Of a stretch of 55,154 nt of DNA, positions 9,005 to 18,546 are shown in pieces. The notes under the pieces were generated by a model, which searched no databases, had not been told where the DNA came from, and was given only the letters and a program-made list of their open reading frames with translations. How positions within the stretch are numbered: the first letter of the stretch is position 1; every line of letters starts with the position of its first letter. The stretch comes from Candidatus Woesebacteria bacterium (GTDB lineage: Bacteria; Patescibacteriota; Microgenomatia; UBA10105; UBA927), in the NCBI GenBank assembly GCA_044223895.1, contig JBGALL010000003.1, positions 1 through 55,154 on the forward strand, written 5' to 3'. The position numbers were made by a program, and so were the translations under genes.

Positions 9005-10470
9005 AATTTAAATCCTCTCTGGTGTTTATTTTTTGTATTTATCTTCTAACAAGAATGTTTTTTATATTTACCTCTCCCCCTTTTACTGATGAATCAATAT
9101 ATATCCGTTGGGGTCAGATTATGATCAATCACCCCGAGTTAGGTTGGTTGTCTTTGATTCATCATAACCGCCAACCACTGGGATATTGGATATTTGGAAT
9201 TGGATCAATGGTTTTCCAACATCCATTATTTGGAGCACGTTTGATGACATTGTTAATAAATACTCCGGTATTTTTTTTCATCGGAATTCTATTGAAAAAG
9301 GTGGTTAGTAAACAAGGAATTCTTATTGGCTTATTTTTATATTCAGTCTTGCCCGGATTTATCCAAATGCAATCAATGGCATTGCTGGATTGTCTCATCG
9401 TAGCTTTGGCGAGTATCGGATTATGGATAGTAACTGCTCGGCCACACAATAAAGTATTCTTCTATAGTCTTGGATTAGGGATAGTATTAGGTACAAGTCT
9501 ATGGATAAAGTCTACCGGCATACCGTTGATTTTCTTATTTTTGGGGTTCTATGGCTACTCACTCTATCAAACCAAGAAATCATTTTTCGGATTGGTTCGG
9601 GAACTCAGTATAGTAATAGCAACCGCGTTGATAATACTCCTTCCTTTGCTGACTCATAAATCCAGTAAAAATCTTTTGAGTGAACCAAATCTATTTGTCT
9701 ATTCCCCCCAAGAAATTCTTCAGTCAGGTTTTTCTATATGGCCACAAAATTTCTTTTTAGGGAGTGCGTCTGTTATCGGCTATTTTTCTCCCGCAATATT
9801 GATACTCTGTATCGGTTTGTATTTCGTACCATCGAAACGGAAATTATTACCGTTCGCTCTCTGGTTTTGCTTTCCATTTTTTATCGTCGTACTTACCAGC
9901 CGATATGTATTGTTGCGTTACTTTCTCATAGGAGCACCAGGGTTGATTTTTTTGGGTACTATAGGAACTGAACAATTAATTAATAAGCTAAAGATACCTT
10001 CACTGATTTGGGTGGGAGCGCTGGCGTTGCTAGGATATACCGGATTCTTTTTGATATATCCTCAACAATTTTTTCAATTGTTTCCGACGCAATCTGCTGA
10101 ACATAGCTACGGTGGCACCTGGACTTCAGGATATGGGATTCAGGAACTAATCTCATTTATTGACGCCAGAACACCTGCTGACAAAAAACTCATATTAGTT
10201 GTCTCTGATTCTCCTGGAAACCCTGGTGATTATGTTGCTGCCCGATATTACTTTATGGAAAATGTCAAAATATTATTCACTTCTCCAAGTGATGAGAAAA
10301 AATTTAAAGAATTACAGCCTCTTACGGAGAAAGCACCTGTCCATTTACTTATCAGGAATTCTGAACTCTTGCCTGCAATAAGAAAATATTTAATTCCTAT
10401 AGTTGAATCTCAAATTCCTAATAGTGAAGATCGTCTTGGTCTGTATGAAATTGTTTTTCCTTCATCCTAA
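9001..10470 (+). CDS. GT-C fold glycosyltransferase (family 39 / ArnT-PMT-like)
   Basis: 489 aa with more than 10 TM helices. The first loop carries a DE motif (PPFTDESIYIRWG). Soluble C-terminal domain. ATGA overlap with the upstream gene. Confidence 0.65.
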   Translation: MKFKSSLVFIFCIYLLTRMFFIFTSPPFTDESIYIRWGQIMINHPELGWLSLIHHNRQPLGYWIFGIGSMVFQHPLFGARLMTLLINTPVFFFIGILLKKVVSKQGILIGLFLYSVLPGFIQMQSMALLDCLIVALASIGLWIVTARPHNKVFFYSLGLGIVLGTSLWIKSTGIPLIFLFLGFYGYSLYQTKKSFFGLVRELSIVIATALIILLPLLTHKSSKNLLSEPNLFVYSPQEILQSGFSIWPQNFFLGSASVIGYFSPAILILCIGLYFVPSKRKLLPFALWFCFPFFIVVLTSRYVLLRYFLIGAPGLIFLGTIGTEQLINKLKIPSLIWVGALALLGYTGFFLIYPQQFFQLFPTQSAEHSYGGTWTSGYGIQELISFIDARTPADKKLILVVSDSPGNPGDYVAARYYFMENVKILFTSPSDEKKFKELQPLTEKAPVHLLIRNSELLPAIRKYLIPIVESQIPNSEDRLGLYEIVFPSS

Positions 10471-10490
10471 TATCCTTGTATAATACATAG

Positions 10491-11318
10491 ATGACTCCAT
10501 TCCTGCTTAGTACGTTTCAACTAAGTCTCAATATTATCCCCTGGTTTTTTCTTGGAAGTATCTTAGCCTACATTATCGAACACCGTCTTGCTTCTACAAA
10601 AATACTATCTTCGTTACGAAGGTTTACTATTTGGCAAATTATTGTAGCCACAATTCTTGGTATGGTTTCCCCGTTAAGTATTATGTCTTTTCTTCCGGTA
10701 GCAAGATCACTGGTTAAGAAAGGTGTACATCCTTCATTGTTATTTAGTTTTCTTATGTCTGAAAGGTCGTATGATTTACAATCATTTTTTATTATTGCCG
10801 GGTTCTTTGGCCTAAAGATTGCTGTTATCAGTGCCGCTATAATTTTTGCTTCACTATTGTTGGCAACATTTTTTATAAAGGATGAAAAGATAACCTTTCA
10901 TGGCAAAAACACGGGAAAAGATCACAATTTTCTTTCTACACAAGTACGACTATTCCTAATAGTCTTTTTGGGAATACTTGTCAGTGCAGCCTGTAAGGCA
11001 ATAGTACCATCAACCTTCGTATTCCAATTTGCCCACAATCCGATAGGTGCGTTGGTATCTGGATTGGCTTTTGGGTTTGTCTTTTATCTCGGTCCGGTAA
11101 TTACCAATTATCCAGTAGCCAAGGTATTTGCTGAATTGGGAATGGCGCCGATAGGTATTATTGCCTATTTGACGATCTCTCCAATATTAAATAGTGTTAT
11201 TTTGGTAATGTTTAGCTCAGTAACGAGTAGAAGATTAACTCTTTTATTTGTTGCTAGTTATACTCTCTGTGCCTTTGGACTCCTCTGGGTTTTTCATTCA
11301 CTGCTGATGACGTATTAA
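10491..11318 (+). CDS. putative permease (UPF0718/ArsP_1-like)
   Basis: 275 aa, about 8 TM helices in two halves separated by a hydrophilic loop. The family assignment is tentative. Confidence 0.45.
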   Translation: MTPFLLSTFQLSLNIIPWFFLGSILAYIIEHRLASTKILSSLRRFTIWQIIVATILGMVSPLSIMSFLPVARSLVKKGVHPSLLFSFLMSERSYDLQSFFIIAGFFGLKIAVISAAIIFASLLLATFFIKDEKITFHGKNTGKDHNFLSTQVRLFLIVFLGILVSAACKAIVPSTFVFQFAHNPIGALVSGLAFGFVFYLGPVITNYPVAKVFAELGMAPIGIIAYLTISPILNSVILVMFSSVTSRRLTLLFVASYTLCAFGLLWVFHSLLMTY

Positions 11319-12784
11319 ACAATTTTTTGTACTCTTCCGATTTTGCCATCAGTCAATTCTACTTTTAAGCCATGTGGATGACTAAATCCATGACTCAAGA
11401 TGCGTTTGATCACTCCCTCAGTTATATCTCCAGTTTTTTGATTGGATTTTTCGATTATTATTACTGTTTGACCCGGCTTTAATTCATCATGATTTGGTTC
11501 CCGTTGTAATTTCTCCACATTTTTCTTTGGCCCAGTTGGACTATCGTCAAAAGATTTTTCTCTTTTGGGTGGTCGACGGTTTCTAGGATTGTATAGGCTA
11601 TCCATTTCTGAAGAGATAATCTTCACTTTTCTTGAGGGTTTTTCACTCGGATTATTCTGTTCTTCTAAACGTTGTTCGATAGTTGTTAATAGGAGATCAA
11701 CGCCCTTACCTTTTTGCGCAGACAGTAATACTGGATGAGCAGTATGTAACCTTTCTTGAAGTTGTTCAATCAGCTCGCCAGGAGCGATATCAGCCTTGTT
11801 TATCACAACTATTTCATCTTTATCGTTTAAATTTAGTTCTGACAATATGACTTCAACAGCATGAAACTGCTCAAAGACAGACGTGGATGAGCCATCGAGA
11901 ACATGGACAAGTATGTCTGCATGGATAGACTCAAGTAAGGTTGATTTAAAGGCATCAATCAAACTTGGCGGCAAGTTCTTTATAAATCCGATGGTATCAC
12001 TTACAAACACTTCTTTGTGAAGATTAGGAAGATAGACTTTACTAACAGTACTATCGAGAGTTGCGAATAATATATTTTGCCCATCATATCCTTTTTTGGT
12101 GAGCCGGTGAAATAGTGTCGTCTTACCAGCATTGGTATAACCAACTATTGAAATTGTTGGTAATCCTGATTCTTTTCGTTTGGCAATTTGTCTTTCACGT
12201 TGCTGAGTCAATTTTAGAAGTTCTTCTTTTTTTTGTCTCATGGCATCCTTCCAATGCCGTTTCATCAATTCTACGTTAGTTTCTCCAATACCTCTGGTCC
12301 CAATACCACCGGCTTGTTGGGAAAGTACGTGTCCCATACCATATATTCTTGGGCCCATATGTCGCATACTTGCTAATTCGATTTGTAATTTTGCTTCTGC
12401 CGTATGAGCATGCTTGGCAAAGATTTCTAAGATTAAATCAACCCGATCCCAGACACGTATTTCTAACTTTTCTTTCGAAAGAATTTGCCAGAGGGCATAC
12501 AGTTGTCGTGATTTTGCTACCCCGTTGAGGATAACTATATCGATATCCATGGCTTTTATTTTTCGTGAAACTTCCATGGCTTTTCCCGTACCAATGTAAG
12601 CACCTTTCGCGGGATATCCTCGTTGGTGAACCATATCAATAACCTCTGCATCACTCAGTGACGTGATCAGATTGTACATTTCGGTTGCATCATCTTCGGC
12701 CTGTTTTCGTTCAATTTCAGGGGGAAAGAGATTCACCAGAAGAATTTTCTTTTTTCCAAGCTCTATCATGAGCGTATTGTACAC
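11315..12784 (-). CDS. hflX: GTPase HflX fused to a C-terminal YwbE/DUF2196 domain
   Basis: 489 aa with an HflX N-domain. G1 GYTNAGKTTL, G3 DTIGF, G4 NKAD. A basic linker follows, then KPGQTVIIIEKSNQKTGDITEGVIKRILSHGFSHPHGLKVELTDGKIGRVQKIV, which matches the YwbE family signature. Confidence 0.9.
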   Translation of the reverse strand: MYNTLMIELGKKKILLVNLFPPEIERKQAEDDATEMYNLITSLSDAEVIDMVHQRGYPAKGAYIGTGKAMEVSRKIKAMDIDIVILNGVAKSRQLYALWQILSKEKLEIRVWDRVDLILEIFAKHAHTAEAKLQIELASMRHMGPRIYGMGHVLSQQAGGIGTRGIGETNVELMKRHWKDAMRQKKEELLKLTQQRERQIAKRKESGLPTISIVGYTNAGKTTLFHRLTKKGYDGQNILFATLDSTVSKVYLPNLHKEVFVSDTIGFIKNLPPSLIDAFKSTLLESIHADILVHVLDGSSTSVFEQFHAVEVILSELNLNDKDEIVVINKADIAPGELIEQLQERLHTAHPVLLSAQKGKGVDLLLTTIEQRLEEQNNPSEKPSRKVKIISSEMDSLYNPRNRRPPKREKSFDDSPTGPKKNVEKLQREPNHDELKPGQTVIIIEKSNQKTGDITEGVIKRILSHGFSHPHGLKVELTDGKIGRVQKIV

Positions 12785-12806
12785 GTTTTCTAAGGAAGAA
12801 GGCGAA

Positions 12807-12953
12807 TTATCGATTAAATAATCCCTTTATCCAATCAACGACGTAACGAATCCAATCCACAAAAGAGATAACCTGATCAACAGTATTTCTCCCATCATTA
12901 ACTCGGTCCATTGTTGAGCGTTTTGGCTCCTCATCTATTGTTTTTTTAACCAT
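12807..12953 (-). CDS. possible 48-aa small protein upstream of hflX
   Basis: Hand-translated ATG..TAA ORF: MVKKTIDEEPKRSTMDRVNDGRNTVDQVISFVDWIRYVVDWIKGLFNR. It is below the ORF-track size cut-off. Same strand as hflX and 22 nt upstream of it. Contains an internal VDWI repeat. Confidence 0.3.
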   Translation of the reverse strand: MVKKTIDEEPKRSTMDRVNDGRNTVDQVISFVDWIRYVVDWIKGLFNR

Positions 12954-13050
12954 ATAGTTGAGTATAGCTCTATCTATTCGGATCGTGTCAAGGTATTTTG
13001 AAGTAATTTAGGTCAATAGACACTAAGATGATACACTAGTGATATTAGCT

Positions 13051-14049
13051 ATGTTTACCTCCAGAAAGATCATTTTAGTTACGGCCTTACTCACTCTCTG
13101 TTTTCCATTCACTATTTATGCTGCCACAGGATCCTGGAGTTTTAACGGGACAAACCAACGAGCCATAATGAATAAAGGTGTTTCTGGTGAGGTCGGTGTT
13201 CCTGCTTTAGGAGCGGTATTCACGGTTGAAACCTTTTTTAAGTGGACTAACAATATCAGTGGCACTTCCTATCAAGCTATTATCGAACGCCAAAATTATG
13301 AGAATCAAGAGTGGGGAATTTTTATGGATCAAGATACCGGTGAGATCGGTGCAACGGTAAACTCGGACGGCAAACATGCTGGAGCAAATTCACTATGGCT
13401 AGGAAGTAATTCTGTGCATATCCAGAAAGGTACCTGGAATCATGTAGCGTTTGAGGGTACAGGATTTAATAGTAATCATGCAGCCTACGAATACAAATTA
13501 TTTTTAAATGGTAATTTAGTAGATACACAGTATCTCGCAGGACCGCCTTTATTGCCAAAGATATCTTACTCAAATCAATATCCTCAAGTGACTGCAGGAG
13601 GACTGGAACAATCTGCTACTGGCGAACCATTTAATGGTCTGATACATGGTTTTAGAATCAGTAATATTGCTCGCTACACAACAAACTTTACTATTCCAAC
13701 CTCTGAATTTTCTCCAGATGGCAACACAGTTGGATTATGGACATTGAGTGATGCCAGTGGTGCAGATAGCTCCGGTAAAGGAAATACTGCTACCTTCTAT
13801 GCCGGTGATACGATTCAATCTCCGCTCATAAGTAATGACTCTCCGTTTCAAACGAGTTCTTCACCTACACCTAAATTAGGTGATGCCAATGGCGACCAGA
13901 AGGTGAATGGTGCCGATTATATTATCTGGTTAAAGCACTATAACACTTCTACTGTTCAAGTTGGTGGAATAAGTATTGGAGATTTTAATAATTCTTCAAA
14001 GGTTGATGGTCAAGATTATGTCTTATGGTTAGGAAACTATAACCGATAA
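13051..14049 (+). CDS. secreted LamG/concanavalin-like (Laminin_G_3) protein with C-terminal dockerin-type repeat pair
   Basis: Signal peptide MFTSRKIILVTALLTLCFPFTIYA (the ORF opens at GTG 13039; ATG 13051 preferred). Laminin_G_3-like body (WSFNGTNQ...FTVETFFKW). Two EF-hand-like dockerin repeats: GDANGDQKVNGADYIIWLKHY and GDFNNSSKVDGQDYVLWLGNY. Confidence 0.75.
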   Translation: MFTSRKIILVTALLTLCFPFTIYAATGSWSFNGTNQRAIMNKGVSGEVGVPALGAVFTVETFFKWTNNISGTSYQAIIERQNYENQEWGIFMDQDTGEIGATVNSDGKHAGANSLWLGSNSVHIQKGTWNHVAFEGTGFNSNHAAYEYKLFLNGNLVDTQYLAGPPLLPKISYSNQYPQVTAGGLEQSATGEPFNGLIHGFRISNIARYTTNFTIPTSEFSPDGNTVGLWTLSDASGADSSGKGNTATFYAGDTIQSPLISNDSPFQTSSSPTPKLGDANGDQKVNGADYIIWLKHYNTSTVQVGGISIGDFNNSSKVDGQDYVLWLGNYNR

Positions 14050-14077
14050 TAATCTTTATTTGTGGCACAGTTAGTTT

Positions 14078-14671
14078 ATGAGAAAAATAATTGTTTTATC
14101 GTTTATTTCACTAGATGGGGTCATGCAAGCACCTGGGGGTCCAGAAGAAGATAGATCAGGTGATTTCAAATATGGTGGCTGGGTTTCACCGTATTTTGAT
14201 AATTCAGCTGGTGAGTTAATGGCTAAACAAATGAAACCTGCAGATCTATTACTGGGAAGAAAAACCTTTGAAATTTTTTCTTCTTATTGGCCGAATCATG
14301 CGGACATGTGGCCGGGTATAAATGAGGTTAAGAAATATGTCATGAGTAATACGATGAATACATCTGATTGGAACAACTCAGTTTTTTTGAAAAGTGTTGA
14401 AGACATACAGAAGCTTAAAAATTCTGACGGGGGTGACATTCAAGTTCATGGAAGTGGCAAGATGATCCAGACCTTACTCAAGCATGATTTAGTAGACGAA
14501 CTTTGGTTAAAATTTTTTCCAGTATTACTCGGCCATGGGAAAAAACTCTTCGATGACGGCACTATACCGGTTGCTTTTACCTTAACTGAAAGTATTTCCA
14601 CGCCAAATGGAGTGATTTTTGCTAATTACAAACGGGCTAGAGCAGTTACTACTGGAACAGTTGGTGCATAA
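14078..14671 (+). CDS. dihydrofolate reductase-like family protein (RibD C-terminal domain)
   Basis: 197 aa. MRKIIVLSFISLDGVMQAPGGPEED...GRKTFEIF...IQVHGSG matches the RibD_C / YwjB-like pattern. Confidence 0.75.
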   Translation: MRKIIVLSFISLDGVMQAPGGPEEDRSGDFKYGGWVSPYFDNSAGELMAKQMKPADLLLGRKTFEIFSSYWPNHADMWPGINEVKKYVMSNTMNTSDWNNSVFLKSVEDIQKLKNSDGGDIQVHGSGKMIQTLLKHDLVDELWLKFFPVLLGHGKKLFDDGTIPVAFTLTESISTPNGVIFANYKRARAVTTGTVGA

Positions 14672-15666
14672 TCGATCAATTGACCACAGGCTGCAGCAAT
14701 ATCATCTCCCATTGTTACCCGGACTGTATGATTGATTCCTTCAGTAGTTAATATTTCAGAAAATTTTTGGATTGAATCTCGTGGTGAACGTTTAAACGTT
14801 GTATGGGGAATGGGGTTGTATGGGATTAGGTTAATATGGGCTAATCTGCCTTTGAGCAAATTAACTAAGTCATACGCATGTTCTGCTTGATCATTTACCT
14901 GATCAATCATCACATACTCGTAGGTAACCCGCTTATTCGTTAAAGCCACATACTCATCTAGCATGGTCATTAGGTCTTGGAGATGAAAAGCACGGGCTAC
15001 AGGCATAAGTTGTGAACGGAGTTCTTGATTGGGAGCATGGAGACTTATGGCTACTCTACCTCTATACCCATTGGCAACAAATTTTTTGAATTGGGGAATA
15101 TATCCAGAGGTAGACACAGTGATATGACGAATTCCTAAACCAATTTTATCGGGACTATTAAGTATTTGTATGGATTTCTCTACTTCAGCCAGGTTCAGCA
15201 TTGGTTCACCCATTCCCATATAGACAACATTGGTGACATCTTCACCTTTCTGTTTTAATAATCTCTTAAAGTAGAGAATCTGATCGATAATTTCCTCAGC
15301 ACTTAAACTTCCTCTAAAACCCATTTTCCCGGTTGCACAAAAGGTGCAATTAACTGGACAACCGACCATACAGCTCACACATACCGTATTACGACCGTCT
15401 TTATGTTTCATAAGTACTGATTCAATTTTTTGACCATCTGCAGACCTGGTAAACAGTACCTTTATCGTGTTCCCATCAGCTGAGGTTTGAGAAATATCTA
15501 CTGATAACCGGGAGAAAAGTACTTCTTGTTCAAGTTGTTCCCTTAATAATTTAGGAAGAGTGGAAATTTCCGTATAAGAAGTAACGGCGTCATTGTAATA
15601 CGCTTTATAGAGCTGCTTTAGGCGAAATCCCGGTAAAGAATGGCTAGAGACGAACGAATCAAACAT
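14626..15666 (-). CDS. rlmN: 23S rRNA/tRNA (adenine-C2)-methyltransferase RlmN, radical SAM
   Basis: 346 aa. Radical-SAM motif GCPVNCTFCATG, MGMGEP, and C-terminal DIAAACGQL. Confidence 0.9.
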   Translation of the reverse strand: MFDSFVSSHSLPGFRLKQLYKAYYNDAVTSYTEISTLPKLLREQLEQEVLFSRLSVDISQTSADGNTIKVLFTRSADGQKIESVLMKHKDGRNTVCVSCMVGCPVNCTFCATGKMGFRGSLSAEEIIDQILYFKRLLKQKGEDVTNVVYMGMGEPMLNLAEVEKSIQILNSPDKIGLGIRHITVSTSGYIPQFKKFVANGYRGRVAISLHAPNQELRSQLMPVARAFHLQDLMTMLDEYVALTNKRVTYEYVMIDQVNDQAEHAYDLVNLLKGRLAHINLIPYNPIPHTTFKRSPRDSIQKFSEILTTEGINHTVRVTMGDDIAAACGQLIDYAPTVPVVTALARL

Positions 15667-15680
15667 TATAGGTTATTATA

Positions 15681-17945
15681 TCATAATTTTATGCGTTTTA
15701 GCCGGAGGGAATTTAGGACAACGGTTACGCTCGAAAAAGCCATTGCAGCTCCTGCTATGGCTGGATTTAGTAAGATTCCAAAAGCCGGAAACAGCCCACC
15801 TGCAGCAATAGGAATAGCGATAATATTATAGAAAAAAGCCCAGAATAAATTTTGTTTAACAACCTTCATTGTTTCTCGAGAAAGAATAAGAGCTTGAGAT
15901 AATTTGGTAAGTCCACCGCCCAAAATAGTTATTCCAGCTGACTCTATAGCCACATCCATTCCAGTACTCATAGCAATTCCCACATCAGCAGTCGCTAACG
16001 CAGGAGCGTCATTAATACCATCTCCAATCATGGCAACAACCTGGCCATTTTCCTGAAGTCTTTTTACTTCAGTCGCTTTGTCTTGAGGAAGAACTTCAGC
16101 AATGACGGTTGATATTCCAGCTTGAGAAGCGATATGGTGTGCAGCTTCTTTTCGGTCTCCGGAAAGCAGAATTACTGAAATCCCTAATTGCTGTATTTCT
16201 GATACAACCGTTGCTGCTTCTTCTTTGATGGTATCAGCTATTCCGATAATGGCTAAAACTTCTTTTCCTGTTCCCAAAATGAGCGGGCTTTTTCCCTCAA
16301 TACTCAATTTATCGAGTAAAGAAAGATCTACATCTGCCTTATATTCCTGAGCAAGGGTACTATTCCCTGCCCAATAGAGTGAACCAGCGATCACACCTTG
16401 GACACCTTTCCCCTCTCGCTCCAAGAATTCGGTTACAGGTACTAGACGTACAGTTTCTGTTTTTGATTTTTCTACGACGGCCTTGGCAAGTGGATGGAGC
16501 GAATGAGCTTCTAGAGATGCGAGAATTTGTAACAGCTCTCCTTCTTTCCGTTGTGGATCAGTGGGAATAATATCAGTAACTTCGGGCTTACCAGTAGTAA
16601 GCGTTCCGGTTTTGTCAAAGATCACGGTGGTAACGGACGTAAGTCTTTCAAGGGTCTCTGCGTTCTTCACTAAAATTCCGTGTTGTGCAGCTTTGCCGAC
16701 ACCTACAACGATTGCCGTCGGGGTAGCTAATCCCATAGCACATGGACAAGCTATTACTAATACTCCGACAAAACACAATAAAGCAATTGCAAATGATCCT
16801 GACAAAGCCCAAACAAGAAACACTACCGACGATAAGATTAAAACAAGTGGAACAAATATCCCGGAAACTTTATCAGCCAAATGTTCGATAGGAGCCTTAC
16901 TCCCTTGTGCATCTTCTACCATTGAAATTATTTGCCACAACATAGTTTCTTTTCCAACTTTTTTCGCTTCAACTTTGAGAATTCCTTGTTTGTTTACTGT
17001 TCCACCAATAACCGTCGCATTGACAGTTTTTTCTACAGGAATCGACTCACCTGTTATCATCGATTCATCGACTGAAGAACTACCTTCTATAACCAGACCA
17101 TCAGTGGGAATTTTCGCACCTGGTTTTATAAGCATAAGATCACCAGCTACTACCTGGTCGATAGGAAGTTCTATTTCTTTTCCATCCCGAAGGACAAAGG
17201 CTTTTTTTACTTGAAGTTCAAGCAACTTTTCAATCGATTCTCCCGTTTGCAGTTTTGATCTGAGTTCTAAAAATTTACCCAACACGATAAATCCTATGAC
17301 CACGATAGTCACGTCGTAATAATTTTGTTGAGTAGTAACATAAGCAGTCAGCGACTTTTCGAAAGCACTTACAATAAAACTGTAAACATAAGCGACGAGT
17401 GTCCCAATACCAACAAGTGTATCCATATTAGCAACACGGTATCTAATGAATCTGCCTACTGCCTGCAGGTACGGGATACCGACAACAAATAAGGCATAGG
17501 TTGCAAAAATTGGGAGTACATGATGGAAAAAATCCATGACCTCTTCTGTCATAGGTGCCCATAGGTGTAATGAGTCAGCTCCAATTTGCCAGCTCATCAT
17601 GGCAATACTTATAATGATCATCGGTAAGAGAATAGTGAACTGAGTTTTGTATTTTGTTACCTCTGCTAATTTATGTTCTTTAACACTGTTATCGGATGTA
17701 ATTGGGTTCATCATCGCATGATCTGCATGAAGTGAATGTTCAAGGAAGGTATAGCCTAACTGCTTAATCTGAGTATTTAATGCGTTGATAGAAGTTTTAG
17801 AAGTATCAAAGGAGATATGTGCTTGTTCGGTTGCATAGTTCACCTCACAGGAATCAACGCCATCGATTTTTTTTAGCTTTTTGGTTATCAAAGATGCACA
17901 GGAAGCACAATGCATTCCTTGTACATCAACAGTTTCTTTCTTCAT
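15681..17945 (-). CDS. copA: copper-translocating P1B-type ATPase
   Basis: 754 aa. N-terminal HMA domain GMHCASCA. TM CPC motif (ACPCAMGLATP). DKTGTLT phosphorylation site and GDGINDAP. Confidence 0.92.
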   Translation of the reverse strand: MKKETVDVQGMHCASCASLITKKLKKIDGVDSCEVNYATEQAHISFDTSKTSINALNTQIKQLGYTFLEHSLHADHAMMNPITSDNSVKEHKLAEVTKYKTQFTILLPMIIISIAMMSWQIGADSLHLWAPMTEEVMDFFHHVLPIFATYALFVVGIPYLQAVGRFIRYRVANMDTLVGIGTLVAYVYSFIVSAFEKSLTAYVTTQQNYYDVTIVVIGFIVLGKFLELRSKLQTGESIEKLLELQVKKAFVLRDGKEIELPIDQVVAGDLMLIKPGAKIPTDGLVIEGSSSVDESMITGESIPVEKTVNATVIGGTVNKQGILKVEAKKVGKETMLWQIISMVEDAQGSKAPIEHLADKVSGIFVPLVLILSSVVFLVWALSGSFAIALLCFVGVLVIACPCAMGLATPTAIVVGVGKAAQHGILVKNAETLERLTSVTTVIFDKTGTLTTGKPEVTDIIPTDPQRKEGELLQILASLEAHSLHPLAKAVVEKSKTETVRLVPVTEFLEREGKGVQGVIAGSLYWAGNSTLAQEYKADVDLSLLDKLSIEGKSPLILGTGKEVLAIIGIADTIKEEAATVVSEIQQLGISVILLSGDRKEAAHHIASQAGISTVIAEVLPQDKATEVKRLQENGQVVAMIGDGINDAPALATADVGIAMSTGMDVAIESAGITILGGGLTKLSQALILSRETMKVVKQNLFWAFFYNIIAIPIAAGGLFPAFGILLNPAIAGAAMAFSSVTVVLNSLRLKRIKL

Positions 17946-18154
17946 ACTATCTTCGCTCCATACCCAGTTGTTTGGATTGTTTTAATAATTTTGTCTGGAT
18001 CCAAACTCTTTTCATCGTATTCTATCGTCGTCTCGGCCTTGGGATAACTCGTTTGTACATGTATTACACCAGATATATCTTCCAAATCACAGTCGATATT
18101 CATGGCACAACTTGCACAATGCATACCGGTGATTGAGAATTTTTGAATTGTCAT
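17942..18154 (-). CDS. copZ: copper chaperone, heavy-metal-associated domain
   Basis: 70 aa, GMHCASCAMN motif, 4-nt overlap with copA. Confidence 0.85.
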   Translation of the reverse strand: MTIQKFSITGMHCASCAMNIDCDLEDISGVIHVQTSYPKAETTIEYDEKSLDPDKIIKTIQTTGYGAKIV

Positions 18155-18155
18155 A

Positions 18156-18440
18156 TTAACTAGCCTTTCTTTTGATAACTTCTATAATTTCTTGAATAAC
18201 TTCTGTATCGTTTCCATTACGGATAGCCTCAGCGACACAGGTACGCAAATGGTTTTCATAGATAACGATATCAGTTTGTTGTAACGCATGCTGAACAGCC
18301 TGTGACTGATGGATAACATCGATACAGTACGTATCTTCTGTAACCATGGTAATAACTTTATCCAAATGGCCACGAGCAATTTTTAATCGATGAAGTATTT
18401 TATTTTGGGTAGTTTGATTTCTTGGAATCCCTTTTGGCAT
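18156..18440 (-). CDS. csoR: metal-sensing transcriptional repressor, CsoR/RcnR (DUF156) family
   Basis: 94 aa. LHRLKIARGHLDKV...YCIDVIHQSQAVQHAL...HLRTC shows the Cys/His/Cys-type ligand pattern of CsoR. First gene of the cop operon. Confidence 0.85.
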   Translation of the reverse strand: MPKGIPRNQTTQNKILHRLKIARGHLDKVITMVTEDTYCIDVIHQSQAVQHALQQTDIVIYENHLRTCVAEAIRNGNDTEVIQEIIEVIKRKAS

Positions 18441-18488
18441 ACATCCCCCCAGTGGGGTTAGAATATCAAGTTCGTTTCAAAATTTCAA
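18441..18488 (-). promoter_or_regulatory. cop operon promoter (TTGAAA-17-TATTCT) with adjacent G/C-tract CsoR-type operator
   Basis: On the minus strand, -35 is TTGAAA (18483-18488), followed by a 17-nt spacer and -10 TATTCT (18460-18465). The pseudo-palindrome AACCCCACTGGGGGGAT (about 18443-18459) follows, directly before the csoR ATG. C4-6/G4 inverted tracts are typical of CsoR operators. Confidence 0.55.
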
Positions 18489-18546
18489 GTATAAGTCTAA
18501 ATGGAAGAGTTCGTTTTTTGGGCTAGGTTTATGTAGAATATATCTT

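Noticed and set aside
16561-17214. 217-aa ORF antisense to copA, plus other antisense or embedded track ORFs (e.g. 388-597, 1075-1305, 1530-1733, 2249-2434, 5165-5359, 5765-5974, 8208-8429, 9162-9449, 9738-9971, 12414-12599, 16379-16570, 17819-18136, 18182-18379, 20180-20425, 24863-25246, 26159-26431, 37887-38282, 41201-41458)
   Set aside because: All lie wholly inside, or antisense to, much longer motif-bearing genes. They have low-complexity or odd composition and no motifs, and are most likely non-coding shadow ORFs.
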